This document shows positions 38,401 to 46,305 of a DNA stretch of 64,000 bases, in pieces. Each line of letters starts with the position of its first letter. Within the stretch, counting starts at the first letter, position 1. The notes beneath the pieces are model-generated. The model made no database searches. It had not been told where the DNA came from and saw only the letters and a list, made by a program, of their open reading frames with translations. Origin of the DNA: a virus (lineage: Duplodnaviria > Caudoviricetes); IMG/VR virus record IMGVR_UViG_2912838376_000002, positions 180,830 to 244,829 of that record. One strand, given 5' to 3'. The position numbers were made by a program, and so were the translations under genes.

Positions 38401-38907
38401 CCACGATTCCTTGAGACGACTAGCAGTAAAGAGCGTCAAGAGATTCTAAAGTATGTTCCTGAGGACATTAAGAGAATCTTACAAGGTAGCTGGGGACTTA
38501 AAGTAGATAAGCAAGAAGACATTGAAGATTACTTTGATAGTCATTATCTGCCGAGTGAAAATTGGTCCGGATGGAACGCAAGTACAAATCTTGATGATAT
38601 AAAAATCAAGGTTATGAAAAAGCAAGGTGTAAATCCAACTACTTCTGGTTATTGGAGTAAAGACCAAGCTAGAGCGGAGAAGTCAGGAGAAAAAGCAATA
38701 CCAATACACTCTTTAAGTAGTTTGATCGATACAGGTCGCTTGCGTGAGGTGTTATCAGGAATGGGATTATCAGATGTAGATGTCCAATTAACAACTTCTT
38801 ATGGAGAGGGACCAGGTGGAATCAATACTTCCATCGACATCATGAAAGATATGCGAAATGAAATTTTAGATGGTCTTAATGCAGGAGTACATTCCTCATT
38901 ATTCTAG
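32425..38907 (+). CDS. tape-measure-like giant tail protein with a degenerate SNase-like domain
   Basis: First giant ORF after the chaperones; helical with Gly-rich and hydrophobic segments; ISKVIDANTF...IKLAGI...DTYGS SNase-like fold at ~37180-37490. Confidence 0.6.
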   Translation: MADKRYTGEEKEKSHLLSNIAKTGSLIGGGVMAYRNRAMIGKAMSDLSSNAAVTGSRVLSKDGHAYSALSDAKVFMKGISDALGDNPSVIRTLRGGFDSNIQEKMHKNFEASVRNSIKKRQMLTNRPGQNNTEFVSRYYKEFHKRNMGGLNKFEYAATQSFRQNKILENLRKQSSIKNNGGDKILNALTHYHNQNKGIFNSPADHVDDFIKQLEDGKYAHKVKFQDDSQRNAFQKQMLQTLEQYKDTKKVFEGNKGSILSQAKAMETASAYGFIQDALKQTDVLSTQFKKKGFNHTTLKDAEKFDIATKRKYGLIVDDIDEKGNEKSIDVTKELRKFLDNNKHNDDLNALLGKKGISFNFEDMILDKNLYTHAKTGEMIDNRHLKSGAVSAIDSFQESVKVPFLNINPVDLTPWQAFRSGQAKEGLQVLGAGQVHGFVRNLGEQSFDGVAKATQEGAIRNPLKNSDHFYTGGNVFRYTETGGLDLVDEGLYLAPSQFGAFSRMHKNMTNYSEKDVIDERGWVKKLFDVGYQENESRAETYRKAWDKLADPMYGPNALRGLVYDLHTSKENQSDMIRDVYNVMRVGMDKSATSLTREATEVLSPHVNKLFDHIKVNGEAFDFARLTDDDYVKDAALVFNKELKNQSSNIGMYKSHTRSVYNEDLSGRDALKHYEDPSVKELGRWTQKYINDPEGFNSSREAAVDKNLPSLMEFMVPTFGDDAALIPATEKLRRSFHQYALRALDNEAGDFAPDVVKNGARKRSSLAYLIDARNKGILSESDVKNAKDLETLTDILGYDNIHNIDARPREAKTFLEDVMNIHKGDVGYDDTKLMFESGGVSLNGFGQDLQEGILRAQPITGRAPEAGKPSPNGADFIIMRKSGLGKAGKEIVSELNINNLKNYGPIDDGWDLAINTEMYARNASSTLVQQGLAVSKEMLAGRHINGDSLENVTTSTAIMYGLAERLDNQLGNFGLSLSQKNLGSFQSIIGNQYLRRIVLPYAAYQQAVYFDGLTGDTVSDTAADAYVNTHTTLQSIKEGLGINKALRPWANVFKNAGADQVGEWLGVKQLDFLTFGMFSDFRSGEDTREYYESGEDAIRKNRYWGIGSPSPWAGGGIDHFEANWYRKLKSDYKFTDTMYGSESEYWANNWMPTLTHPFAPIKHFLTDPYHYENKHELDRPYAITGGFSELQNIPIVGNLIDGTVGRILKPRKEHKGLEKAHEEYISSINQYIQDKYSPVKDGSYVGISGTGAVTQYNMYADQGTGDYFGGSAANYGADAGIVNYGNGITPAYKTNVAGGGIGGPVGDIGGSGGTAVGGSLIGRGMSGATRAQNILAEQNYALAQMGDGVEAGTVNSLMKLRNMGIPQDLDSIGQLDNLTGLLKDGFYSASELGGIYGFLTKTGIGYEESWRGTTLAPSTLMTSPSRAFWDMNLGGAGGALSEIGRRYVPRDPNKDYYSPIRNTMPEWLPGIDSSTDFLHGDPYTKIQKGEIRLPGKAYETLYKLHPDGTGSGEFANYGVFDRFRILADIDPDSEQYKVAKHQISLLRQSGGLTEDMAKEVEEIKQQVHDKQDTYHWYDKKFSNADIQEKNVTISKVIDANTFMVREFDAPIKLAGIKLTQKDNQDVIDWMGQYLKVGARVKIGIADDPVARMNNDTYGSMDAVVYTNQNEEGRFWFETNKGQSLNALIANRTWKNPVQIKDDGSPTSTRALYSNDMVTVGKYTEMLTHDILPKIPFVGILADKFLQVRTPIESYKRDQVYGSDWRPWTQPYEGWIKPMVNTVASQNPLIAGAEMAAIGHLWGKTTKAKGLGRVAGFAIGAGLSTLRVLDEGAGRILPGLDNVWIPQEREDEREINQYFDRLKYVKYRGLYEKASQLAKSEEGVDVEEFFDAAAEKGRKNKGLKRYLTDKKKTLSWAKKMGYGDTEAVKSQIHELSGEIEDISSAKEAYQAGKYTSLAIKYRQEYEGTLYSMGETGASDRTSLMRALTPKEREYIPRFLETTSSKERQEILKYVPEDIKRILQGSWGLKVDKQEDIEDYFDSHYLPSENWSGWNASTNLDDIKIKVMKKQGVNPTTSGYWSKDQARAEKSGEKAIPIHSLSSLIDTGRLREVLSGMGLSDVDVQLTTSYGEGPGGINTSIDIMKDMRNEILDGLNAGVHSSLF

Positions 38908-38916
38908 AATACATTA

Positions 38917-38954
38917 AGCGGCGTTCAGTCTTTTTAGACGGGCGCCGTTATTTA
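38917..38954 (+). terminator. hairpin / weak terminator
   Basis: AGCGGCGTTC...GGGCGCCGTT followed by ATTT. Confidence 0.5.
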
Positions 38955-38967
38955 TTAGGAGGGTATT

Positions 38968-41900
38968 ATGGAAGGAATCGAAAGAGTACCTATAAAAAAC
39001 AGGGCATTAACACCTGCTTATGAATCTGCTGATGGTTCAAGCAAGATCAAACTGGAGAACGCAGCAGAACGTACAGCTGCTGAATATAGACAAAGCGCAA
39101 TAGCTCAAACATATAACGAATTAACAAAAGACAATCGTATTAGTTCATTAGGCATTTGGGAGTCAGCTCGTACTCCAAATAGTTTTAATGTTAATGCTCA
39201 ACAAGCATTGAATCCTTTTATGAATTTAAAAGGTAACGACAACGTATTGTTCTTTGATATAGAAGCAATCGGTACACCTGAACACATGAGAAGTAATAAA
39301 GGTCTAGATCTATTTGCTATGACTGAGTTATCTTTTGGTGGAACTAAGTTTAACGGGAAAGACTTTGTTAAAAATAAAGGTTCTATCGTATCGATGGCAG
39401 TTGCTCCAGGAAAAGATGAATATGCTCGATTAAAGCAACAAATCAATAGATTAAAACAAAATCCGATGATGGCAGTTTCACAGGATATGCACCGTACATT
39501 ATTAGACTTAGCTAAGTACTCTGATGCAAATAAATTCAAGAGTGCTACAAGTAACGGTAAAGCTTATATGTCATTATTAGGGCATTCTCGTGTCCCTTCT
39601 GCAGGTACAGCTTTTACAAGAAATACAATAGACGAAATCGAGAGAGGTCTTAACAACCTTTACCACAAAGGAACAAAGGTTGAAGATGCACTATCTATTT
39701 TCCAGAATCATATCAAATCTACGAATTCAAAGTTAGGTGGATACAACATTCATCACTATGACTTACCAGCTATTATTGGTGCTGCAGGAAATAAAAGTAC
39801 AAAAGAATTCTTTAGAAGTGTGGCAAAGGATTCATTAGATTTTTATCACGGATATTCTGCTACTGCTAAAGATCCTTATTCATTAACAGGTTCAAGTTTA
39901 CGCCAAGAACATATCCACCAATCTTTATTAAGCAAGAAAAAGATTAAAGCTAATCAATCTTCTTATTTATATCACTTAGCAAAAGACGATATCCAAGCGA
40001 ATATTGAAATTGCAGGATTCACCCACAATAAAATCAAATCATTCATTCAAGAAGCGAAGAAATCTCCAGCTTACGCCCTTAACCCTTCTACATTAAAAAC
40101 AGAAATCCTAAAAGCAGGACAAGACGTATTCTCTTATCAAAGTGGTTATTTTGACAAAGAGAAGCACAAGTACAATCTTGTAGGAACGGTTGATGGAGAT
40201 GGAAAGATGAGTCCTCGATGGGCAAACTTAAATACATCTCTTCCTTCAAATGAAAATTTTACAATTAAAGAATTCTTACAAGACGTAGCACTACCAGGAA
40301 CAAAGAAGAAAGGATTCGGTGCAAGACTTGATTCTAAAGATATAAAGGGTAAAAGCATCTTATTAATGTCTGAAACTCAAGAAGGACTAGCACAACAAAT
40401 TCATGGTTCTTTCATGCCAATGGATGATGCAATTTCTAAAAGCCTGCGTGACTTAAAAGTAAAACATGACGCTTCCTTCCGTGAATATGAAAGAATGTTC
40501 GATAATAACGGATGGAAGAAGATGAATGAATACTACAACTATCTAGATAAAGCAGGTAGTGTAGGAGAAGGTTTTGACTGGAAATCACACGTTGTTAAAA
40601 ATGGAGGAACAGAAGAACTAGCTATGAAGTTCCCTCATATGGTCGCACGACTAGAAGGGGAAAGAGATGTATGGGGAACAGCTATGAGTACTCTAAAAGC
40701 TTCAGGATTAAGCGACGAACAGAAATCAATTGCTCTTCGACACATTAAAAACAAGTTAGATGAACAAGGTGATAACAAAGCTCATGTAACTGCTAAAGGA
40801 AATAGATTTTTCGATTTTGCTTTCGGAGAAGAAGATAAAACAATTTTCAATGCAAAAGATACGAACTCAATCAAAGGTTCTTTCCGTTCTTACATTAATG
40901 GAAGAAGAAGAGGAGATCGTATTGGAAATCCTGAGAAGTCATATAAGATGGCTCGTATTGATGAATTACAGGATATTATCATTAACAACTTCAAACTTTC
41001 ACCAGAAGGTAAAGCTTCTAACGATGTGAAATATCTTATCGGTCAGATGAAGCAGGAAGTTATGTCGGGTAATAAAATCGAAACAGCTCTTACTGAAATG
41101 TCTAATCTTGTTCGTGACAAGGTAGAAAATATGGGTACAGATAATTTCGTTCGTGAAGTAACTAATCAAATGACGGACAACCGAACAACTGCAATCAAAG
41201 GACTAATGAAGAACCTACCAGATGTTATGCATGAAAGCATTGAGAACGCTCGTTCATACAAAAATGCTAAAGACATATTAAATGGTAATAGCCCACTAAA
41301 AGGATTTTTAAGAGAGCAGGATAGTCGCATCAAGAGATTATTTGAGAAGAACTTCGGCACACATGGAATGAACGATGCAGACACAATTAGTAAAGCAAGT
41401 GGTATGGCTGCTAAGTATGAGGATCTTGTTGGTAAGATTTTATCGTCTTACAGCAACGACTTTAATACTCAAATTCGATTCATGGATGGCGGAAACCCAT
41501 TGCTTATCTTAGCTGATAAAAAGAGCGGTATGGACTTAAGTGAAGTAAAGACATATGAAGAACTAGTTCGTAACCCTAGATTAGCGACTATTGAACTTCC
41601 ATCCTTCGATAAAGACATGAAGGTGAAATACGGTGGAAACCGAAAAGCTTCTGTTATTCGCTCTGGTATTGGTGCAAAAGGAGCTTATCATAGTACATCA
41701 GTTACAGATGCTCTAAATATGATTCTTGATTATTCTAAGAAAGCAAAAGAGTTAGCTGAAATTGCTGAGGGTACTGGAAATAAGAATGCATTTGTTCAAA
41801 TCAGACAAGGACTTCGTTATCGCGTTGGAAGACAAGTAGACCCTGTTCCTACTGATGCAAGTCGAAAGCTACATTTCGATGATAAAGAAATGTTTGATAT

Positions 41901-44900
41901 TAAATCAGCTATTAGTGGTGAGGTTCGTTCAAGTAAATGGGATATCACAGGCTATGCAGAAGCTTGGTATAAAGCAAATCAAAAAAGATTAGGTTTGAAC
42001 ACCTCTGCTGATGTTATTGCTCAAAATGCAAAAGAAAAAGGAATCACATTCTTTGAAGCAATGGGACAAAGAGCAAAAGGTTACGCTACTGCCGGAGGAC
42101 TTCTTGATTTCGCAAATGGTACTTCTGGATTAAAAGGAAGTATGTTTGGTATCAATAACCGTTCTGCTTCAAAAGGTTTTGTTGGTACTGCAAATACAGA
42201 TGCTCGTACTTATATGGCATTAGGTAATTATTATGCTGATTCAGTAGAGAACCCACATAAGACAATCAACTACCGAAAAGTAGACCAAGAAGTTGCGTCA
42301 AGAGTATTACGTGGATCTGGTAAAGACCAATCGTTCCGTACAAAAAACAGCTTTATTTCATCTGCTGCATTTAAAGCACTTGATGATGCAAATGAAGTCC
42401 GCGGTATCACAATGCAAACAGGTTATATGACGGATGAAGAAATTGCATTAAAGCTAAAAGATGCTAACAAAATCAGTGAATACAAAAATATGATTGATAA
42501 AGCACAAGCTAAAAATCAAATCTCTCCTGTTGAAGCAAGACAGATGAAGAAGTCTTTAGATATGGGTATGCTTTCTACAAGTGAAGGTTTAGCATTCATG
42601 GACCACAGACTAATGAAAGCTTTTGATGGAATGGATGAAGTTCGTATTAATATGAACGCTGAGAAAGTAATGTTTAACAACTCCATTGAAACAGCCATTG
42701 AAAAAGAAGCAGAGAAACAAGGGCTTGGTAATGGTTTGTGGAAAGATAAAGGAATCACTTTTGACAAACCACTAGAAGTTGATATTAATTCAATGTTTAA
42801 TGAGAAAAATCATCTTACTCTTGGAAAATATGAAATTAACAATATCAAAAACGAGATTGTTGATGAAAAACGTTTTAAGAAAGGTGATAAGGTATCTATC
42901 CTTGGATTCAACGCAGATGACATTGATAAGAGATCACTTGTATTAGGTAGACAACGTAAAACAGGACATGGTTTTAAAGCCGTAACTGAAGGTGGTTTCC
43001 GTGCTACTATGACTCCTATGCTTGGAGAAATTATGAGTGATTTATATGGCGTAGAAGGAGTAGAACAAGTAATTTCTCATCTAGGAGAAAAGAAAGGTGC
43101 TATTGACCTACCTGCATTAATTCGTGGTTACGATACTCAGATTCGTCAACAATTCGGCGGTACAGTTGAAAAGAAAATCACCGGTTATGGTTCAGAAGAT
43201 AAAGCATTGTCTTCATTCTACAAAGACGTTGAGCAAATGCTTGGTATTGAAACTACTAACCAAAATGGTCAATACGTTGTAGATTCCAACTTTGGTTTAG
43301 ACGGAAAACAGTTGGATCAAAAAGGCCGTGAAAAACTTTCAGCTAAGTGGATGAGTGAATTAGGACTAAATCGTGAAGTATTCGCCGATATTACAATGGC
43401 CCATGATGTTTGGAATCGTCAGGGTGGAATTGACCGCGGTAAGATAACTGTTAAAGAGATAGACATGTTAGATCGTTCTTACACTCGAACAGGTATATAT
43501 AAACCAGGAGAATCTTCTGCACATGCTAACTTCATGCGTGATATGGTTTATGGTTCTCAAACTTCACCAGAAATTAAAGCACAACAAAAAGTGTTTAATG
43601 AAATGGTTAAAGTTGCTGGTAACTATGATAGCGGTTGGACCCCTAAGGCAGGGGATGTAGTTATTGATTACACTTCTGATGGTATGGGAGTAATGACTGA
43701 TGTAAATGCACAGATGAAAGATGGAGTACTTCATGTAAGTAAGGATTCGTTCGAAGCAATTCCTCAAAAGTCTGGTCATAGTCAAACATTCACTGTTGGT
43801 GACTACAATAAAACCATCATTAATGCCGGAGCAACTGAGTTTAATCTAGAGTCTGGTGGCAAAGGTAAGAAGATTCAAGAACACTTACTTAGCACAAAAG
43901 GAACAGCGTACTTAAAACTTCCGGAGTTCGCAGCGAACCAACACATTCCTCTTCTTGACATCAATTCAATGAAGCTACCTGGTGATGTTAACTATGTTGA
44001 GAAAACAGAGTTCCTTGATACATTAAAAGGTCACTATGCTTCTATTGCGAGAAAAACAGAAGAATATAATGGTTTATTTACAACAGATAAGTTCTCTGCA
44101 GAAGATGTAGCTAAACGACGTGGAGTTCTAGAAACAGAAATAAACAGAGAGATAGCTAATCTTACTACAACTCTTGGTGATTCAACTTCAAAAGAAGGTA
44201 TGGCTAAGATCATGGCAAGAAGACTTCCAATGTCTTCTCAATACCAATTCGGAGGCGTTAACCCTGCTCTAGCTTATCAGAAAGAGGGCGAAAAGTGGGT
44301 AAACAACGGTATCGCTAAAGAAGGCGAAGTTTACATGAACGAGAAAGATGTTCGTAATTTAATTGGAGACAAAGCTGAAAACATTGCGAAATCTTGGGGT
44401 ACAGATACAACGAAAATCAAACCAGAGGACATGACAGAGTATGTTATGAAAAACTGGAACAAAAACGATGTATTCTCAACTACTATTCGTTATCCATCGA
44501 TTGACGTTGGTACGACTCAAGCTCTTAAACTGAAAATCAGTGATGCTGTTGGTGAAGGGCAAGTAGTCGGATTACGTGGTATGGCTGAACGTATTTCTGG
44601 TGACTTCGATGGAGATAACTTGGCGGTATTCTTGACTCATTATGGAATAGATGATGAGAAACAACGAAGTGCGGTATTGAATGATATCACTAAGCTACAT
44701 AATTCTGATAAAGCGAAGAACCAATTAGCTGCTGATGTAATCATGAATAGTATGGAAAAAGACTTCCGTACAAGCGTATCAAGTGCTACTGGTTTAGATG
44801 CAACTCATAAAGATGTAATCGCTGCTTCTGAAGCGTTCTTCTCAGGGAATAGTACTAAAAATCTTACTCTCGGAAATCTACATGGCGCTGAAGCACATGA

Positions 44901-46239
44901 AAAAATCCGTGAATCACTTCAAAGTACAGGCGTGTACGATGATTGGGGAACAGTTAAGAATGGTGAATTCGGACTAGGTAAAGCTGAACACGAGAAATCA
45001 ATCTTAGCTCGTGCAACTTCTTCTACAATTGGTAGCGTAGATAATACACGTATGAGAATGTCTGCAGCGTTTATGACGATGGCGGAAACAAAATACAAGC
45101 TATTTAATGAAGCAGAAGGAGCAATGAAATACTCTAGGGACGATTATGTGCGAGAAACTGCAATGGTGGATGAGTTCCTTCGTGAGTACTCTCAGAAGTC
45201 TATCTCGGCTAAGAAAGTAGAAGGTTCAAAGCAAACTGCAGAAGAAGTAATGGGCGACCTTTACAGCATGATCGATAAAATCAATAATCCTAGCAACGGA
45301 TTGGATTATGATTTAGCTGCAGCTGACCTAGTTGAGCGTGGTCTATTTAAGAGCAAGCCATTCCTAGAAGTAGGAAAAGGTGAAGTTTACAAAGGATCAA
45401 ATCAGGAATTCATTAAGAAATCTCTTCAAATCTTAGGTGGAGCAGAAGAAGTTTACAGTGAAATGGGTGTTCAAGGATACCGACAATCAAGTTTACTTGT
45501 AGCTGCTTCTCAAGGTATTGGATTCCATAACTTCTCCAACATGGTTAAAACAGGTGAGCACATCCCTGGTATGGATGCTGTAACTGAAATCTCTAACATT
45601 GCAAAAGAGTATGGCAATGCAAGAATGGCTAAACACCAGGAATTCTTCGAAAAATCTGTTCAGCGAATTCATGAGCGTAGATACGCAAACATTGAAGATC
45701 GTTTAGATGATGCAGTTAGTTCTGTTGAAATCATGGGAGAAAGAAAAGCTGTTGAACCAAAAATCATGTCAAATGAAGCAATGCCGCTTCATCGTACAAT
45801 GAGAGATGAAATGAATGAGTCTCTTTCAGATATTGCAACTGCTGGTAAGAAAGCATTTAGTGGAAGCGCAGCAAGTTTTGCAGGGGTTGGACTTCTTGGG
45901 TTCGGTGCATTATGGGCAACAAATGCTCTAATGAAAGGCGCACCTACACCAGAAGGACTACAAGAAATGGCACCAGTATCACCAGAAACTTTAGGAGCTC
46001 CTACAGCGCGTGTAACACCTAACCAGAACGGTGAATATATCAATATATCTGTTAAGGCTTCAGCTGCTAAGAGAATGAATCATAATGATCTAGCAGCAAT
46101 GCTAAACAACGAAATCATGGCTATGTCGAATGTCAAAATGAGCACGAATGTGAACGTAAATGATAATTCGAGAAACATAGATAACAAGTGGTTAGAGGGC
46201 GCAGTTGCAAATGCAATGAATAAGGGTTATGCATATTAA
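38968..46239 (+). CDS. putative virion RNA polymerase (two-barrel, single chain) fused to an N-terminal DEDDh exonuclease
   Basis: FDIE (39253-39264), GYNIHHYD, HLAKDD (39973-39990) exonuclease motifs; ARRLPMS, IRYPSI (44485), GDFDGD (44599-44616) beta'-like motifs; located in the tail module. Confidence 0.75.
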   Translation: MEGIERVPIKNRALTPAYESADGSSKIKLENAAERTAAEYRQSAIAQTYNELTKDNRISSLGIWESARTPNSFNVNAQQALNPFMNLKGNDNVLFFDIEAIGTPEHMRSNKGLDLFAMTELSFGGTKFNGKDFVKNKGSIVSMAVAPGKDEYARLKQQINRLKQNPMMAVSQDMHRTLLDLAKYSDANKFKSATSNGKAYMSLLGHSRVPSAGTAFTRNTIDEIERGLNNLYHKGTKVEDALSIFQNHIKSTNSKLGGYNIHHYDLPAIIGAAGNKSTKEFFRSVAKDSLDFYHGYSATAKDPYSLTGSSLRQEHIHQSLLSKKKIKANQSSYLYHLAKDDIQANIEIAGFTHNKIKSFIQEAKKSPAYALNPSTLKTEILKAGQDVFSYQSGYFDKEKHKYNLVGTVDGDGKMSPRWANLNTSLPSNENFTIKEFLQDVALPGTKKKGFGARLDSKDIKGKSILLMSETQEGLAQQIHGSFMPMDDAISKSLRDLKVKHDASFREYERMFDNNGWKKMNEYYNYLDKAGSVGEGFDWKSHVVKNGGTEELAMKFPHMVARLEGERDVWGTAMSTLKASGLSDEQKSIALRHIKNKLDEQGDNKAHVTAKGNRFFDFAFGEEDKTIFNAKDTNSIKGSFRSYINGRRRGDRIGNPEKSYKMARIDELQDIIINNFKLSPEGKASNDVKYLIGQMKQEVMSGNKIETALTEMSNLVRDKVENMGTDNFVREVTNQMTDNRTTAIKGLMKNLPDVMHESIENARSYKNAKDILNGNSPLKGFLREQDSRIKRLFEKNFGTHGMNDADTISKASGMAAKYEDLVGKILSSYSNDFNTQIRFMDGGNPLLILADKKSGMDLSEVKTYEELVRNPRLATIELPSFDKDMKVKYGGNRKASVIRSGIGAKGAYHSTSVTDALNMILDYSKKAKELAEIAEGTGNKNAFVQIRQGLRYRVGRQVDPVPTDASRKLHFDDKEMFDIKSAISGEVRSSKWDITGYAEAWYKANQKRLGLNTSADVIAQNAKEKGITFFEAMGQRAKGYATAGGLLDFANGTSGLKGSMFGINNRSASKGFVGTANTDARTYMALGNYYADSVENPHKTINYRKVDQEVASRVLRGSGKDQSFRTKNSFISSAAFKALDDANEVRGITMQTGYMTDEEIALKLKDANKISEYKNMIDKAQAKNQISPVEARQMKKSLDMGMLSTSEGLAFMDHRLMKAFDGMDEVRINMNAEKVMFNNSIETAIEKEAEKQGLGNGLWKDKGITFDKPLEVDINSMFNEKNHLTLGKYEINNIKNEIVDEKRFKKGDKVSILGFNADDIDKRSLVLGRQRKTGHGFKAVTEGGFRATMTPMLGEIMSDLYGVEGVEQVISHLGEKKGAIDLPALIRGYDTQIRQQFGGTVEKKITGYGSEDKALSSFYKDVEQMLGIETTNQNGQYVVDSNFGLDGKQLDQKGREKLSAKWMSELGLNREVFADITMAHDVWNRQGGIDRGKITVKEIDMLDRSYTRTGIYKPGESSAHANFMRDMVYGSQTSPEIKAQQKVFNEMVKVAGNYDSGWTPKAGDVVIDYTSDGMGVMTDVNAQMKDGVLHVSKDSFEAIPQKSGHSQTFTVGDYNKTIINAGATEFNLESGGKGKKIQEHLLSTKGTAYLKLPEFAANQHIPLLDINSMKLPGDVNYVEKTEFLDTLKGHYASIARKTEEYNGLFTTDKFSAEDVAKRRGVLETEINREIANLTTTLGDSTSKEGMAKIMARRLPMSSQYQFGGVNPALAYQKEGEKWVNNGIAKEGEVYMNEKDVRNLIGDKAENIAKSWGTDTTKIKPEDMTEYVMKNWNKNDVFSTTIRYPSIDVGTTQALKLKISDAVGEGQVVGLRGMAERISGDFDGDNLAVFLTHYGIDDEKQRSAVLNDITKLHNSDKAKNQLAADVIMNSMEKDFRTSVSSATGLDATHKDVIAASEAFFSGNSTKNLTLGNLHGAEAHEKIRESLQSTGVYDDWGTVKNGEFGLGKAEHEKSILARATSSTIGSVDNTRMRMSAAFMTMAETKYKLFNEAEGAMKYSRDDYVRETAMVDEFLREYSQKSISAKKVEGSKQTAEEVMGDLYSMIDKINNPSNGLDYDLAAADLVERGLFKSKPFLEVGKGEVYKGSNQEFIKKSLQILGGAEEVYSEMGVQGYRQSSLLVAASQGIGFHNFSNMVKTGEHIPGMDAVTEISNIAKEYGNARMAKHQEFFEKSVQRIHERRYANIEDRLDDAVSSVEIMGERKAVEPKIMSNEAMPLHRTMRDEMNESLSDIATAGKKAFSGSAASFAGVGLLGFGALWATNALMKGAPTPEGLQEMAPVSPETLGAPTARVTPNQNGEYINISVKASAAKRMNHNDLAAMLNNEIMAMSNVKMSTNVNVNDNSRNIDNKWLEGAVANAMNKGYAY

Positions 46240-46248
46240 TAGACAAAT

Positions 46249-46280
46249 GAGAGTTAACATTTTGTTAGCTCTTTTTGTTT
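46249..46280 (+). terminator. intrinsic terminator
   Basis: GAGAGTTAACA-TTT-TGTTAGCTCTT followed by a T-run. Confidence 0.75.
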
Positions 46281-46305
46281 TACTACAACAAAAGAGGTGA
46301 CCGGA

